A program made the position numbers and the translations under genes. A stretch of DNA of 64,000 nucleotides, taken from Lingula anatina (lineage: Eukaryota; Animalia; Brachiopoda). The DNA is taken from the NCBI GenBank assembly GCA_051362555.1, contig CM120642.1:28086001-28150000 (forward strand). The letters run 5' to 3'. Shown here piece after piece: positions 11,140-22,905 of this stretch. The notes beneath the pieces were generated by a model. That model was not told the origin of the DNA, did no database searches, and saw only the letters and a list, made by a program, of their open reading frames with translations. How positions within the stretch are numbered: the stretch's first letter is position 1; each line of letters starts with the position of its first letter.

Positions 11140-14100
11140 ATGGCTGACTCAGAGCAAGTGCAGTGTCAATTTTGTAAAGGAACGTACAAAAAGAGAGGTC
11201 TGGCAAATCATCAACGATCCTGCAAACAAAAACCGCAGGACATAAAACCTGGTGAGGACAGCGAGTTGCCATCAGGCAAAGTTTCCTCTACAGAAAAATG
11301 TGATCAAGAACAATCAGAAACAATACAATGTGAATATTGCGGCAGAACATACAAGAAAAGGGGTCTGGCAACTCATCAACGGTCTTGTAAACAAAAGCCA
11401 CAGGATTCAAAAGAGCAGCGTGAAAGCAGCGAGTTGCAATCAAGCAAAGTTCCTCCTGTAGCAAACCCTAAACAAGAACAATCAAACACGCTGCAGTGTC
11501 AATTTTGCGGTGGAACATATAAGAAAAAAGGACTTGCGACTCACCAACGAGCATGTAAACAGAAGCATATGGACCACGGGGAAGACAGTGGAATTGGAAC
11601 CATCAGAAGTGTTTTGTCTGAAACGGTGACTGACCCGGTGCAAGCAGGAACACTGCTTGGGCGTCTTTGCAACGAGACACAGAAAACTGAACTAGAACCA
11701 CATATGTGGGACTTTAAACAAAACCCAGGGAATATGGCAAGCTGTCCTTTTTGCTGTTGGGAGTTTGCCCACCAAGATTTACCGACACACGTGCAACGTT
11801 GCAAACAAAATCGGAGCAGACTACAGTCGGATTCGCAAACTGGTGAGGTAATTTCTGAAAATCAGAAGATCTCTCCACCGTTACATGAGAAATTGCTGAG
11901 CACATCGAAGTCATATAACCATAAGCGTGGTGGTGCTGCCAAGGCGAATGGAGGTAATTTCTTTTCGTCCTTTACACTATACACTTTCAATGAAAACAGT
12001 AAAAAGGTCCCTTATGTTTTGCTATGTTATAGATATAGCTGTCTTTTTTAGAACCCAAAATTGGAGAGATTTTAACATTTTGTTTTATAGCTTAATAAAA
12101 ATCATTATTTCAATGTAAATTAGTCACAGTCATAGAATTATCGGTCATCATTGATTGATCCAACTCCCCTGAACTTTTGCTGAATTCGATCAGATTAACA
12201 CGCCTCCTGTTGTTTCTTACGTGCTCTTATAATCACTAGCAGCTCTGTATTACACTCAACACCAGGAGGAGGTGTGTGAGTCTATTTAATATGGATCTAA
12301 GGGGGCATTCCCATAGATTTTAGATCGATCTATCCACGTGGGGAGTCTCACTAGATTACTGTCAGATAATCCGGCCTAAATGTCCGTCCCGCCTACTTTA
12401 AGCTGTAAGGGGGTAATTAACTTTCGTGCCCGCTCGGCTAAGAGCTATTTAGCGTGAACCCCAAGGGAGTTAGGTCGATCTAGTTGGATCGATCTAATCT
12501 CTAGGAATGGGGTCTGAGTAGAACGATAATTTCATTGGGAATGAGCCCTAACTTAGTGTTGGTATTTCTCAATATAAAACACGATTGCTTATATATTGTC
12601 CAGTACGTTTTTGAACACGAACCCATGTTTACTATTTCAGCGACTAAAGACGAGTTGTTACTCCTCAAAAAATTCCTGATCACCCCTCAAGGTGGCTATG
12701 CCTCGCTTCCACAGCACGGGGTATCCATTGTGGTCCCAGAGGGGGCAATCACTGAGAAAAGTAAAGAACTGTTTATCGGCATCAGCAATAGGAAGGAAGA
12801 TCGCCCAGTCCTTCCTACTGGCCAGTCAAGAACTAGCCCAATCATCGTGTGCGGGCCTCACGGCACGCATTTCAAAAAGCACGTGCTCCTCAGTTTTCCG
12901 CACAATGTACCAAATGTTGATAACGCAGTTGTAAAGCTCTGGCAATCGCAGACAGATCTGAACCAACAATGCAAATGGGAAGAAGCCGATGCCCGAACGT
13001 GTGTTAACTTCACACCGACAAGATGCTTGCTCTCTTTGAATCATTTTACAAAACACACAACCTCTTGCAGCCAAAAGCGTGTACTTGCAGCTGCGTTCGG
13101 TGACTACGATTGCGACACTGCTAAGCTCTCTCTTAACGTCCACTGCGTAGATGACATGCCTACTGCTCTAAAGGTAGGCCTACATATAGATATTCGGTTT
13201 ATTGTTATTTTTTGTATACGCTCTGTTTGCAATTGTTATTGTTATAGCTTTCAGAGTTAATGTTATTCTCTCCTAAAATTATGGAACCTTTATACTCACC
13301 AACTAGGAAAAACCACGTTTAATTGAAACGATAACAGAAAAAGTTGGGTTAATAAATCTGTTAGATATAAAGTTAGAACAGCGATTTCATTAATATTCAT
13401 AATCTATTACTACCCTGTATGGCAGGAGCTGAATGAACAGATGGCAGAGTTGAACATGCATCGCCTGGCACCAGATGGCAGGTTTGTGTTTCACTCATGC
13501 GTATGCCGCGAGGATGAGGAGCGAGATGTCAAGGTCGCATTGCTGGACCTTGGAAAAAAGTGGAGAGTGATCTCGCCAGGGGGCGCAACTGGTGGTGGCA
13601 CACCTCAGGTATACAGTTTTCTGCAGTCAATTGACCTGGAGCATGGTGGACATATACTCCCTCCCACCATCTCGCTCAAATCCTTATTGTCGAGAATATA
13701 TCTGTCTTATTACATAAAAATAGTAAAATTTCTTCTCTTTTAATAAACAGACTCAGATCTAGCCGTAGTCGTTAACGCCGTCTCCCTGCAATTTCAGTGT
13801 TATACAAATAAAATGAAAACCGTTTTACCTTTTGTCTGTTGGTGCTGTTGTTATATGTAGGCCTATATTCGGTAGCTTTGCTGTCTTGTTTAATGCATTT
13901 ATCCAAGTCATTAATTTAAGTTGCCCCCAGTACTTTTCGTCTTTGTGCTACGGAATCGACGGGTGACTGCTCGGCAAATCAAAAAACATTTTTTTGTAAT
14001 TAATTACATGAAAATACTGCATCTTGATTTTTCAGATGACTTACCTCGATATATTGCAAAACAACTTGCAGGCGTATCACAACAATTTAACTTGGATCCC

Positions 14101-16341
14101 TTTAATGTACATGCTGCATATATGTATTAATCTCGCTTTTTCAGATAATTTACTTCGACGAATTGCAAAACAACTTGCAGCCATATCGCAATTACGTTCT
14201 CAAGCCACATGGAAAGGACCCTGTCCGTGACCTTCACTGTGACATCGACGTCCGTCAGGAGAACCAAGATCCAAAATCATCAAGCGCCAAAATTCTCGTT
14301 AGGAAGTCCATGTCACAGGTATAATGATCTGCATTTTTGGGCTATTATTTATTCTTTTTATTGTGGACCACGTTCATGAACGATCGAGGAACATGTATGG
14401 AATATGAATCTACCAGTACCTACAATGTACATGAATTTCCTCAAAGACGCAGAATATTTATTTTAAGTTCTATTAAAAGCTCTTAGAATTATTTACCCAT
14501 TTTATACTTACAAGGATGCCCTACAGGCTAGTAATCTCACCTCTCTGAGGGAGAGAAGAGATGTTTCATTTAAGAACTTTTTTTACAAAAATCAAGAATT
14601 TTAGTAAGTTACACCATCTGTTTAAAGAAAAGAATCCAAGAAATCTAAGGGTCAGCAACAAATTTTTAATACCAAGAGTGAAAACGGAGGGTATTAAATT
14701 TTAAATTGAAAATTTTAAATTTCATGTAAAATACTGCTCCAAACTGTCTTATAAGTCTTGTTTTTAGCTTTGGTCTTTTACATTGTAACTTATAATTTTT
14801 AGTTACCTTTAAATACCTTATGATTTAATATATGATATATTGTAAAACTTCAACCCTTTAGTTGCGATTATAGCAAATAAATAAATAAATCATTATTAAA
14901 ATACGACTGAATTATCAAAATTTTAAAGGCTTGCTGTCATACATACATCTTTTGGCATATTTACAGATCGTCAAATTCAATACCCCAAGAAGCTCGTCGT
15001 CTGTACAGTTTGAGATCGGCACAGGCACACTAAAATCGGACTTGCATCCAATGCGCTTTTTGTCTCCGAAAGAGCGGACTTCTCTTAACGAAGCTGTCAA
15101 AACCCCAAAGATATGGCGTATTATTGCCGCCGACATTGGGCTGGATGGAACCGCAGAAAGAAAAGGAGTGGATTTGGAGCCTTGTGCTTTGGTCTTTTTT
15201 GCAGTGGGTGAATCGTTTCTGGAAATGCTGAAATTGTTTAGAAGGGTCGAGCGAAAAGCACATGTTAAAATGCAGAAAAGTTTGGACATTATTTATGTAA
15301 GTATACACAATGTGGATTTGTTTTCAGTATGTGCAGGATGCAGTACCTTGTCGTCGTGTGCGTGAACACGCATGTATGTTTGTGTTTGTGGGTTTGTTTT
15401 TGTTTGTGTGTGTGTGGGGGGGGGTGGTGTTTGTGTGTGTTGTGAATGCATGTATAAACAATAGCTGTGTTGTAGAAAGTCTGGGTCATACAGAATATAC
15501 TGAAAGAAACTGAGGTTAATTCTTAGCGAGGTAAAATGTTGAATACCGACCAATAAAGTCTTGACCCGAAAATAAAATGAACACGTCGATGACAGAAAAT
15601 CAAAGAGATTGTTAGTATAAGTAAATGAACTGAAAATCATAAAGTGTACTTAAGTTTAAAAATTGAAAATAAAAAAGCAATTTTCCTTTTAAACGACGAT
15701 TTAAACTGTTCACAGAATTGTGCTCCATAAAGTAGTATTTGAGCTCTAAGTTTCAAAGAGAAATTCGCAAGTCTCTGTCTCCAATGCGATTGACTCGAAT
15801 CTCAAAAACTATAAATTTAATAACAGATTTATGGGCCGTCATTCTGTGAACGGTTTAAGATATGTGGTATATGCCCTTGTGATGAAAAGAAAATAGTATA
15901 TATTTCATGCAAAATTCAAACTTTGCTGCATGAAGACGTTACATTCATTGTCTTCCTTTATTTGTGTACGTCTAAGAGAGACTAATATTATAATAATACT
16001 TTATTTATTTTAATCGACAGAATGCCCGCATCCTAGAAGCAAGCTACGAGAAGTTGAAACGTCACACCCCTGAAATTATAAACAGCGTTGACCCTAAGGA
16101 CGTATATATACAGCTTTTTGCTGATGGGATATTGACATTCTACGACAAAGACGAGATAGAAAAGGCTTGTACAAGATCCACTGTCAATGGGTGCTCCATT
16201 TTACTGAATAAAATCTTTCTTTGTCCAGTGGAGAAAACCCCGATTCCCAAGCTGTGCAATGCGCTGCGCGAACAGAACTGTAAAAGAATGGCAGACCTCC
16301 TCGAGTTGTCGTTAGATGACATTGAACCAAAAGAGACTTGA
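11140..16341 (+). CDS. Zinc finger (4x C2HC)-ZU5-UPA-like-death domain-CARD protein, ~784 aa (copy A)
   Basis: Exons 11140-11953, 12641-13173, 13426-13608, 14145-14318, 14967-15296 and 16021-16341 are all GT-AG and phase-consistent (1,0,0,0,0). C-x2-C-x11-H-x3-C fingers; ZU5 motifs ITPQGG, GVSIVVPEGAI, SPIIVCGPHG.HFKKHVLLSFPH, LNHFT; UPA-like LHCDIDVRQ; DD-like WRIIAADIGL; CARD-like LKRHTPEIINSVDPKDVYIQLFADGILT. Confidence 0.8.
12300..12513. mobile_element. MITE family 2 (GATCGATC-rich, internally palindromic)
   Basis: Termini GGGGCATTCCCATAGA / TCTCTAGGAATGGGGTC; near-colinear with 28188-28401. Confidence 0.7.
15702..15858. mobile_element. Short TIR element in the last intron of copy A (counterpart at ~22294-22434 in copy B)
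   Basis: TTAAACTGTTCACAGAAT / ATTCTGTGAACGGTTTAA; present in both paralogs, so it predates the duplication. Confidence 0.6.
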
Positions 16342-16724
16342 CAATCTTTGAAAAATGAGCTTTGTCCATCGATGGATGCACGTGATAAATTCTAATGGAT
16401 AAATGGGCAAAATAGTAATTAATTTCAAATTTGTTTTTCAATAGTATGATAATCTTTAAATAGTCTTTTTGTATGTATGCATATGCTATCCAGCCAAGTT
16501 TATGTTCGTTTGATTATAGTGTTGCAACTGTGTGCCTAGTTACTTAAACACGCTGAAGTATTATGCATTAAATATTTTCCCCTTTCAACGAGGAAGTTTT
16601 TTAAGGTGCTAATCTAGTACTTTCCCAAAACCTCCCCTTTTTCTCCCCCGGGCTAACGTGGCTCTGACTCATAATCTCTGGAGATAACGAGTCAGAGCTC
16701 TGGCTACAGGGTGCTCATACTTAG

Positions 16725-16951
16725 ACTGGGCTCCCATGCCTAAATCGATCTATCTGGATCGATGTATCTCCCTGGGGAGTGTCACTAAATTGCTGTTAAC
16801 TTAACCGGCTTAATTGTCTTTCACGCCTACCGAATCAGCTAGGGTTAAGATAATAACCCCCTAACAGCTTTACTAAGTGTGACAGACATTAAAGCCTGTC
16901 AAGTTAACAGCAATTTAGTGAGACTCCCAATATCTGTGGGAATGGTCCCTT
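16725..16951. mobile_element. MITE family 2 variant
   Basis: Arms GAGTGTCACTAAATTGCTGTTAACTT / AAGTTAACAGCAATTTAGTGAGACTC; ends GGGAATGGTCCCT. Confidence 0.7.
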
Positions 16952-19001
16952 CAATTTTGTACACTATTTTAGAAGTCCTTGATAGCAGACACAAGGTGGT
17001 GAGTCACCAAAGTTATCTTTGAGTGTTTGTATAAACTAGGGATGGGCGTTTTATGGTTTCCAAATATGCAAGGCATCTTATCTCTTACTGGCTGAACTTT
17101 TGCTTATGAATTTCTGCTTTTTGTACTTGGACTAACGTCTTTTGTGTTCTCTCAAAGACATGGAAATAAGATAAAGTGAATTAAAAAGATATTCGTGTAC
17201 AATAAATAAAAAATTAACTTAAAATCAATCAAATTACAAAGACAAGGCACCCCTAGCTGGGTATATCCGCCTTGGCATTTGATTGAACCACGAGGGAATT
17301 TCATATTTATGAATCAATCTGCCTCGCTTGAATATCTATTCTTCTCAATCTGAAAAAAAGGTAAATTAATTTTTTTCAAATGCTTTAAATGCATGTTTGG
17401 AAGGCATTTCCTAAAGACTTCTTTCTAAAACTACCGTAATATGCAAGGTAGTAGGATCAATACACGGGTGTTAAAAATGCAGGTCTCACAATTAGAGGGG
17501 CAAGCCTATAGAGTATAAATTGCACGAGAAATGCATTCGAGTGCTATATCCCGTTTAGGTTTACCCGCAACTCTCTATCTCTCCCATGTAGGTCAGTTAC
17601 AGTGAAAAGTGACACAAATAGTATTTCACTTTCTCTTTGCAAGAAAAATCCAGATAAGATCGACCTTGTATCGATCACCGGCTGCAATGTCAACTATCTT
17701 GTTAGCCAAAAAGTGTCTCTACGTGCCAGTGCATTAATGATACACAATAATGATGATCTTTGAATGGTAATAACCCTCTTACTTACAAGGATAATAGATT
17801 CAAAAGTCAAGAATGCCAGTTCCACTTCAATACAGCTATCTGAAAACCAAGGCTTCAGTAAAGTCACACTAAAAGATGTAGGTCACATTACAATAAGAGT
17901 ACAGAAAAGATTGTCAGGATTTTTTATCCATGTTAATTTGGGGTTTGATTGTTCTCTTCTCCGATATCGCGGACCAGTTCCACGAACAGAATACTTAATA
18001 CCCGGAAAACTAAAGCGATCATCATGAAAAAATTTATTTTTATCAAACTACCTTATAAGGGGATAGGCGTAGGTGGGTGAATAATTCCCCCCCCCCCCCC
18101 CAAAAAAAAAAAAAATAGGTCTTCCAATGACATGCGCAATTCTGGAGTATAACATGTATAAAGAACGTGCGATTTAAGCTTTGTACATTTTACCACGGGA
18201 GCCTGTGGAATGAAAGAAGGAATTGGCAGGAGTGAACGTTGGTACATGTATATTGCTGGATACAGACTGGGCACGTGCAGTAATTACAAAGGTAGGTTAA
18301 CAAGGGTATGCATTCCAATAAGGTGTAAGCTAGGACTAAATGTCCTAATCAAGGTGTGTGGGACGCACATGCACCCCTTCGGGATTTCTCAGACCCTTTA
18401 AGGATATTTTAACCCTTTATTAGCATCCAGATACGGAAAATGAGTGTTTTATTGAATCTTATTATTCAAAAATGCATCTACATGTATCTTTGTGCTAATT
18501 TAAAAAAATGAAATACCCCTCGAAGATATAAAATATCGGCGTTTATTCTTTTTTGTTGCAACGTGTAAGCATAGACCACTCAAAGCTTTAATTGTCAATT
18601 TAACGCCTTTCTATGAGGTGAGATAGCAATTGGTATAGGGCGTAACTTCATCCCTGAACAAGAATTTATCACGAAGATTGGCGACGTTGACCAGGAGTAT
18701 ATTCGCAACAAACTGGTGCCGTCATTTTTTTTTTTTTTTTTGTTATGGAGTTATGAACCCCTAATTACACATTTTCATGAAACCGAGACTTTTAAAACAA
18801 ATCGCTGGCAGGATTTTGGAGTACTAAATGGTGTTATTCAAACGGCATTAAAACGGTGATCGTGGGTGCTCAGGTAAAAGAGAAATTTATGAAACCGATT
18901 TTTCAGTTTGTACCAAAATCGCAATTACAACGTAATCCGCAAGGTAACATTTGTGTAATGTTAATCAATTTAGTTACTGAGCACTCAAGATTGAGACTGG
19001 G

Positions 19002-19482
19002 ACTGGGTTCCCATGCTTAGATCGACCCAAATGGATCGATCCAACTTCCAGGGCAGTCTCACTAAATTGCTATCGACTAACCGGCTAAACTGAATCAGAT
19101 AGGGGGTAAAGATAATTACCCCTAACAGCTTGACTACTAGACGTGACAGACATCTAGGCCGGTTAAGTTGACAGCAATTTAGTGAGACTCCCCAGGGAGA
19201 TAGATCGATCCAAATACTTTGGGAATGGTCCCTTTGACTGGGTCCCCATGCCTCGATCGATCCATCTGAATCGATCTTACTCCCTGGAGATCCCACTAAA
19301 TTGCTATCAACTTAACCGGCTTTAATGTCTGTCACGCCTACCGAATCAGCTAGGGTAAAAAATAATTACCCCCTTACGGCTTTACAAGGCGTGACAGACA
19401 TTTAAGCCGGTTAGTTTGATAGCAATTTACTGAGACTTCCCAGGGAGATAGATCGATCCAAATATCTGTGGGAATGGTCCCT
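19002..19482. mobile_element. Two tandem copies of the MITE family 2 variant (partial inverted copy at ~19827-19900)
   Basis: Units ~19002-19233 and ~19238-19482, each running from CTGGGT.CCCATGC to GGGAATGGTCCCT with internal inverted arms. Confidence 0.75.
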
Positions 19483-20061
19483 TATTTATTAATCCAAAGA
19501 ATGTATGTAAGGCAGTAACTAAGGATTTTGGGGCGAAGGGTAACAATGTCCTTAAGATGTCGCGCGCCTCTCGAGACAATTGTGGGTACGGTCGTAAGAG
19601 AGATAATATCTTAAGTATGTAGTTAATGGGTAATGTTATACAACATTGATCAAAAAGGTTGTCCCACCCCCATTTCCATGTACCTTTATTTAGAAATGAT
19701 CACCTCACAGCTGTAAATTGTAAGAAAAAGTGATTTTTATTACAGATACCGTGTCTAACGTGATTAATGTTGTAATAAGAGATGTGTATACATAACACTG
19801 GTTGTGGGTAGATTAGGGGAAAACTTAGGGACCATTTCCACAGATATTTGGATCGATCTATATCCCTGGGGAGTCTCAATAAGTTGGTATCAACTTGACA
19901 CCCAGCCCCAGTGGGCTTATAAGTCACTGTTTCATTTATGTTATTCTAATATATTAATGAACACTGTGTGCACACAGTTTTTCTGAGTGCACTTATTTAT
20001 TCCATTTTCGTGACCTATTACTATTTATATCAGCGACTTTATCTATCTACATGTATCTGTC

Positions 20062-20092
<31 letters not shown>

Positions 20093-20300
20093 GGGGGGGG
20101 GGGGGTAATGACGCTATAGCTAGGTGACAACAACTTAAGTTATTTCCATGTCTCCGTGAACTCTAGGGAGAGAGAGATGTAATTTTAATTCAAATTGAAA
20201 TAACTTGATAAATATGTCTAATGATTATACTATTCTTCATTTTTTCAGGTTAGCAATCACAAAGAACTGTGTTCGGGCACATGATATTCACTCCAAAGAG

Positions 20301-22905
20301 ATGGCTGACTCAGAGCAAGTGCAGTGTCAATTTTGTAAAGGAACGTACAAAAAGAGAGGTCTGGCAAATCATCAACGATCCTGCAAACAAAAACCGCAGG
20401 ACGTAAAACCTGGTCAGAGCAGCGGGTTGTCACCAGGTAAAGTTTCTCCTGCAGAAAAAAGTGATAAAAAACAATCAGAAACAGTGCAATGTGAATATTG
20501 CGGTAGAGCATTCAAGAAAGGGGGTCTGGCGACACATCATCGGTCTTGTGAACAAAAGCCACAGATTTCAAAACAGCAGCGCAAAAGCAGCGATTTGCAA
20601 GCAAGCAATATTCTTCCTGTAGCAACCTCTGAACAAAAACAAGAACAATCATACACCCGGCAGTGCCAATATTGTGGTGGCACATATACGAGAAAAGGAC
20701 TTGCGACGCACCAACGAGCATGTAAACAAAAGCATGTGGATCACGGGGAAGATAGTGAAACTTTAACCGGCGGCAGTGTTTTCTCTGAAACAGTGACTGG
20801 CCCGGTGCAAGCATATAATGCACTTGCAACCTCTGAACAAGAACAAGAACAATCAAACACCCGGCAGTGCCAATATTGCAGTGGCACATATACGAGAAAA
20901 GGACTTGCGACGCACCAACGAGCATGTAAACAAAAGCATGGGGAAGACAGTGAAACTTCAACCGGCAGCAGTGTTTTCTCTGAAACAGTGACTGGCCCGG
21001 TGCAAGCATATAATACACTTGCAACCTCTGAACAAGAACAAGAACAATCAAACACCCGGCAGTGCCAATATTGTGGTGGCACATATACGAGAAAAGGACT
21101 TGCGACGCACCAACGAGCATGTAAACAAAAGCACGGGGAAGACAGTGAAACTTCAACCGGCGGCAGTGTTTTCTCTGAAACACCTGGTGGTCATCGTTGC
21201 TATGAGGGACAGAAAAGTGGACTAGGATTAGGCAGCAGAAAGTCCATGTCACAGGTATAAAATATTTGTTTTTGGATAATTATTGTTTTTTCTTTTAATT
21301 ATTGAAATGAACGTGACTAGGAACGCGGAACATGTATGGAATATAGATTCACCAATATCTATTTATATGGTCTGTTTATATTTGCCAATGGCTATTTGTA
21401 CTTAAAGGAGGTCAAACTATAAATTTTGTGCACCAGATGTAGCATCATGATTTTTTTATTATTAATAAATAATGTACAACATTTGAGATGTTTACATCTC
21501 AACCTCAGGCGAATGTTTTGCAATGACCTTCCAATCAAGTAGTCTCATTTGTACATACGTAAATTAAATTTCATCACAGACAGGGGTTTATTTATTTAAT
21601 CGTTCTTGAAATACACTTAAATTAGCAACATATCATAAAATATTTGTTTTGGCTAATTTACAGATCGTCAAAAACAATAACCCAGGAAGCTCGTCGTCAA
21701 TTCCGTCTGAGATCGGCTCAGGTGCACTAAATACGGACTTGCCTCCAATACGCTTTTTGTCTCCGAAAGATCGGACTTTTCTTAACAAAGAGATCAAAAG
21801 CCCAAACATATGGCCTGTTATTGCCGCTGACATTAGATGGGATGGAAGCGCTGAAAGAAAGCGGGAGCCGTGTGACGTGGTCTTATCTGCAGTGGGTGAC
21901 TCCTTTCTGGAAATGCTGGAATTATTTAGAAGGGTCGAGGCCAGAGCGCATGTTGACATGAAAAAAAGTTTGGAGATTATTTCTGTAAGTATGAGCAATA
22001 TGGATGTGTTTGCAGTATGTATATAAACCTTGTCATTGTGTCCGTGACCATGCGATTGTGCCAGTTGTGCGTGTATGTGTTGGTGTGTGTTTACGTTTTG
22101 TGCGAGAGTGTGTGTGTGTATGTATGTGTGTTTGTGGTGTTGTGGATGTATGTGAAGTGGTATAATAAGTCTGGAATTTTACATTTTACACCGAATATAC
22201 AGAGAAAAACTGAGGCACATTCTTAGCCATGTATAATGTAAAATACTGAGGAAACTTAAGCAATTTTCCTTTCAAGCCAAGATATACGCAATCTAAAACC
22301 ATTCACAGAAGGATCCAATATGAGCTCCAAATGTTGGAGTGCAATTCACAATAAGTTTTCATCTCCATTATGACTGACTCAAAACTCAAATACTAGAAAC
22401 AGGTTCAAGGACCGTAATTCTGTGAACTGTTTTACATATATAATGTACCCTAAGCTTGTGATTAAAAGATAATCCTAAACGTTTCCTGAAAATTGAAATT
22501 TTGCTGCATGAAGACCTAACATTCATTGCCTGTCGTTATTTATCTACTTCTAACAGATAGTCACGATAGCAAGGCTATTTTACCAATATAAATTAATATT
22601 TTATTTTTAATTGACAGAATGCCCGCATCCTAGAAGCAAGGTACGAGAAGTTGAAACGTCACATCCCTGAAATTGTAAACAGCGTTGACCCTAAGGACGT
22701 ATATATACAGCTTTATGCTGATGGGATATTGACATTCCACGACAAAGACGAGATAGAAAGAGCTTGTACAAAGTCCATGCGGGATGGATGCACCATTTTA
22801 CTGAATAAAATCTCTCTTTGTCCTGTGGAGAAAGACCCGATAACCAAGCTGTGCAATGCTTTGCGCGACCAGAACTGTAAAAGAATGGCAGACCTCCTTG
22901 AGTAG
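20301..22905 (+). CDS. Paralog (copy B): 5x C2HC zinc finger-death domain-CARD, lacking ZU5/UPA, ~520 aa
   Basis: Exons 20301-21254, 21664-21984 and 22618-22905 are all phase 0 with an open frame. The N-terminus MADSEQVQCQFCKGTYKKRGLANHQRSC is identical to copy A. The DD and CARD exons are highly similar to 14967-15296 and 16021-16341. The stop TAG replaces copy A's TTG. Confidence 0.75.
20622..21182 (+). repeat. Coding tandem repeat (204/195-nt units), one C2HC finger per unit
   Basis: GCAACCTCTGAACAA starts at 20622, 20826 and 21021; the translations are near-identical (ATSEQEQEQSNTRQCQYC..TYTRKGLATHQRACKQKH). Confidence 0.95.

Noticed and set aside
18298-18985. Insertion specific to copy B's 5' region, probably TE-derived
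   Set aside because: I could not define TIRs, a TSD or a coding remnant.
18985-19482. Repeated palindromic units that superficially resemble a CRISPR array
   Set aside because: Eukaryotic context, ~230-bp MITE units, no repeat-spacer periodicity and no cas genes.
20512-21252. 246-aa antisense ORF with internal repeats
   Set aside because: It is the shadow of the plus-strand coding tandem repeat and has no independent protein features.
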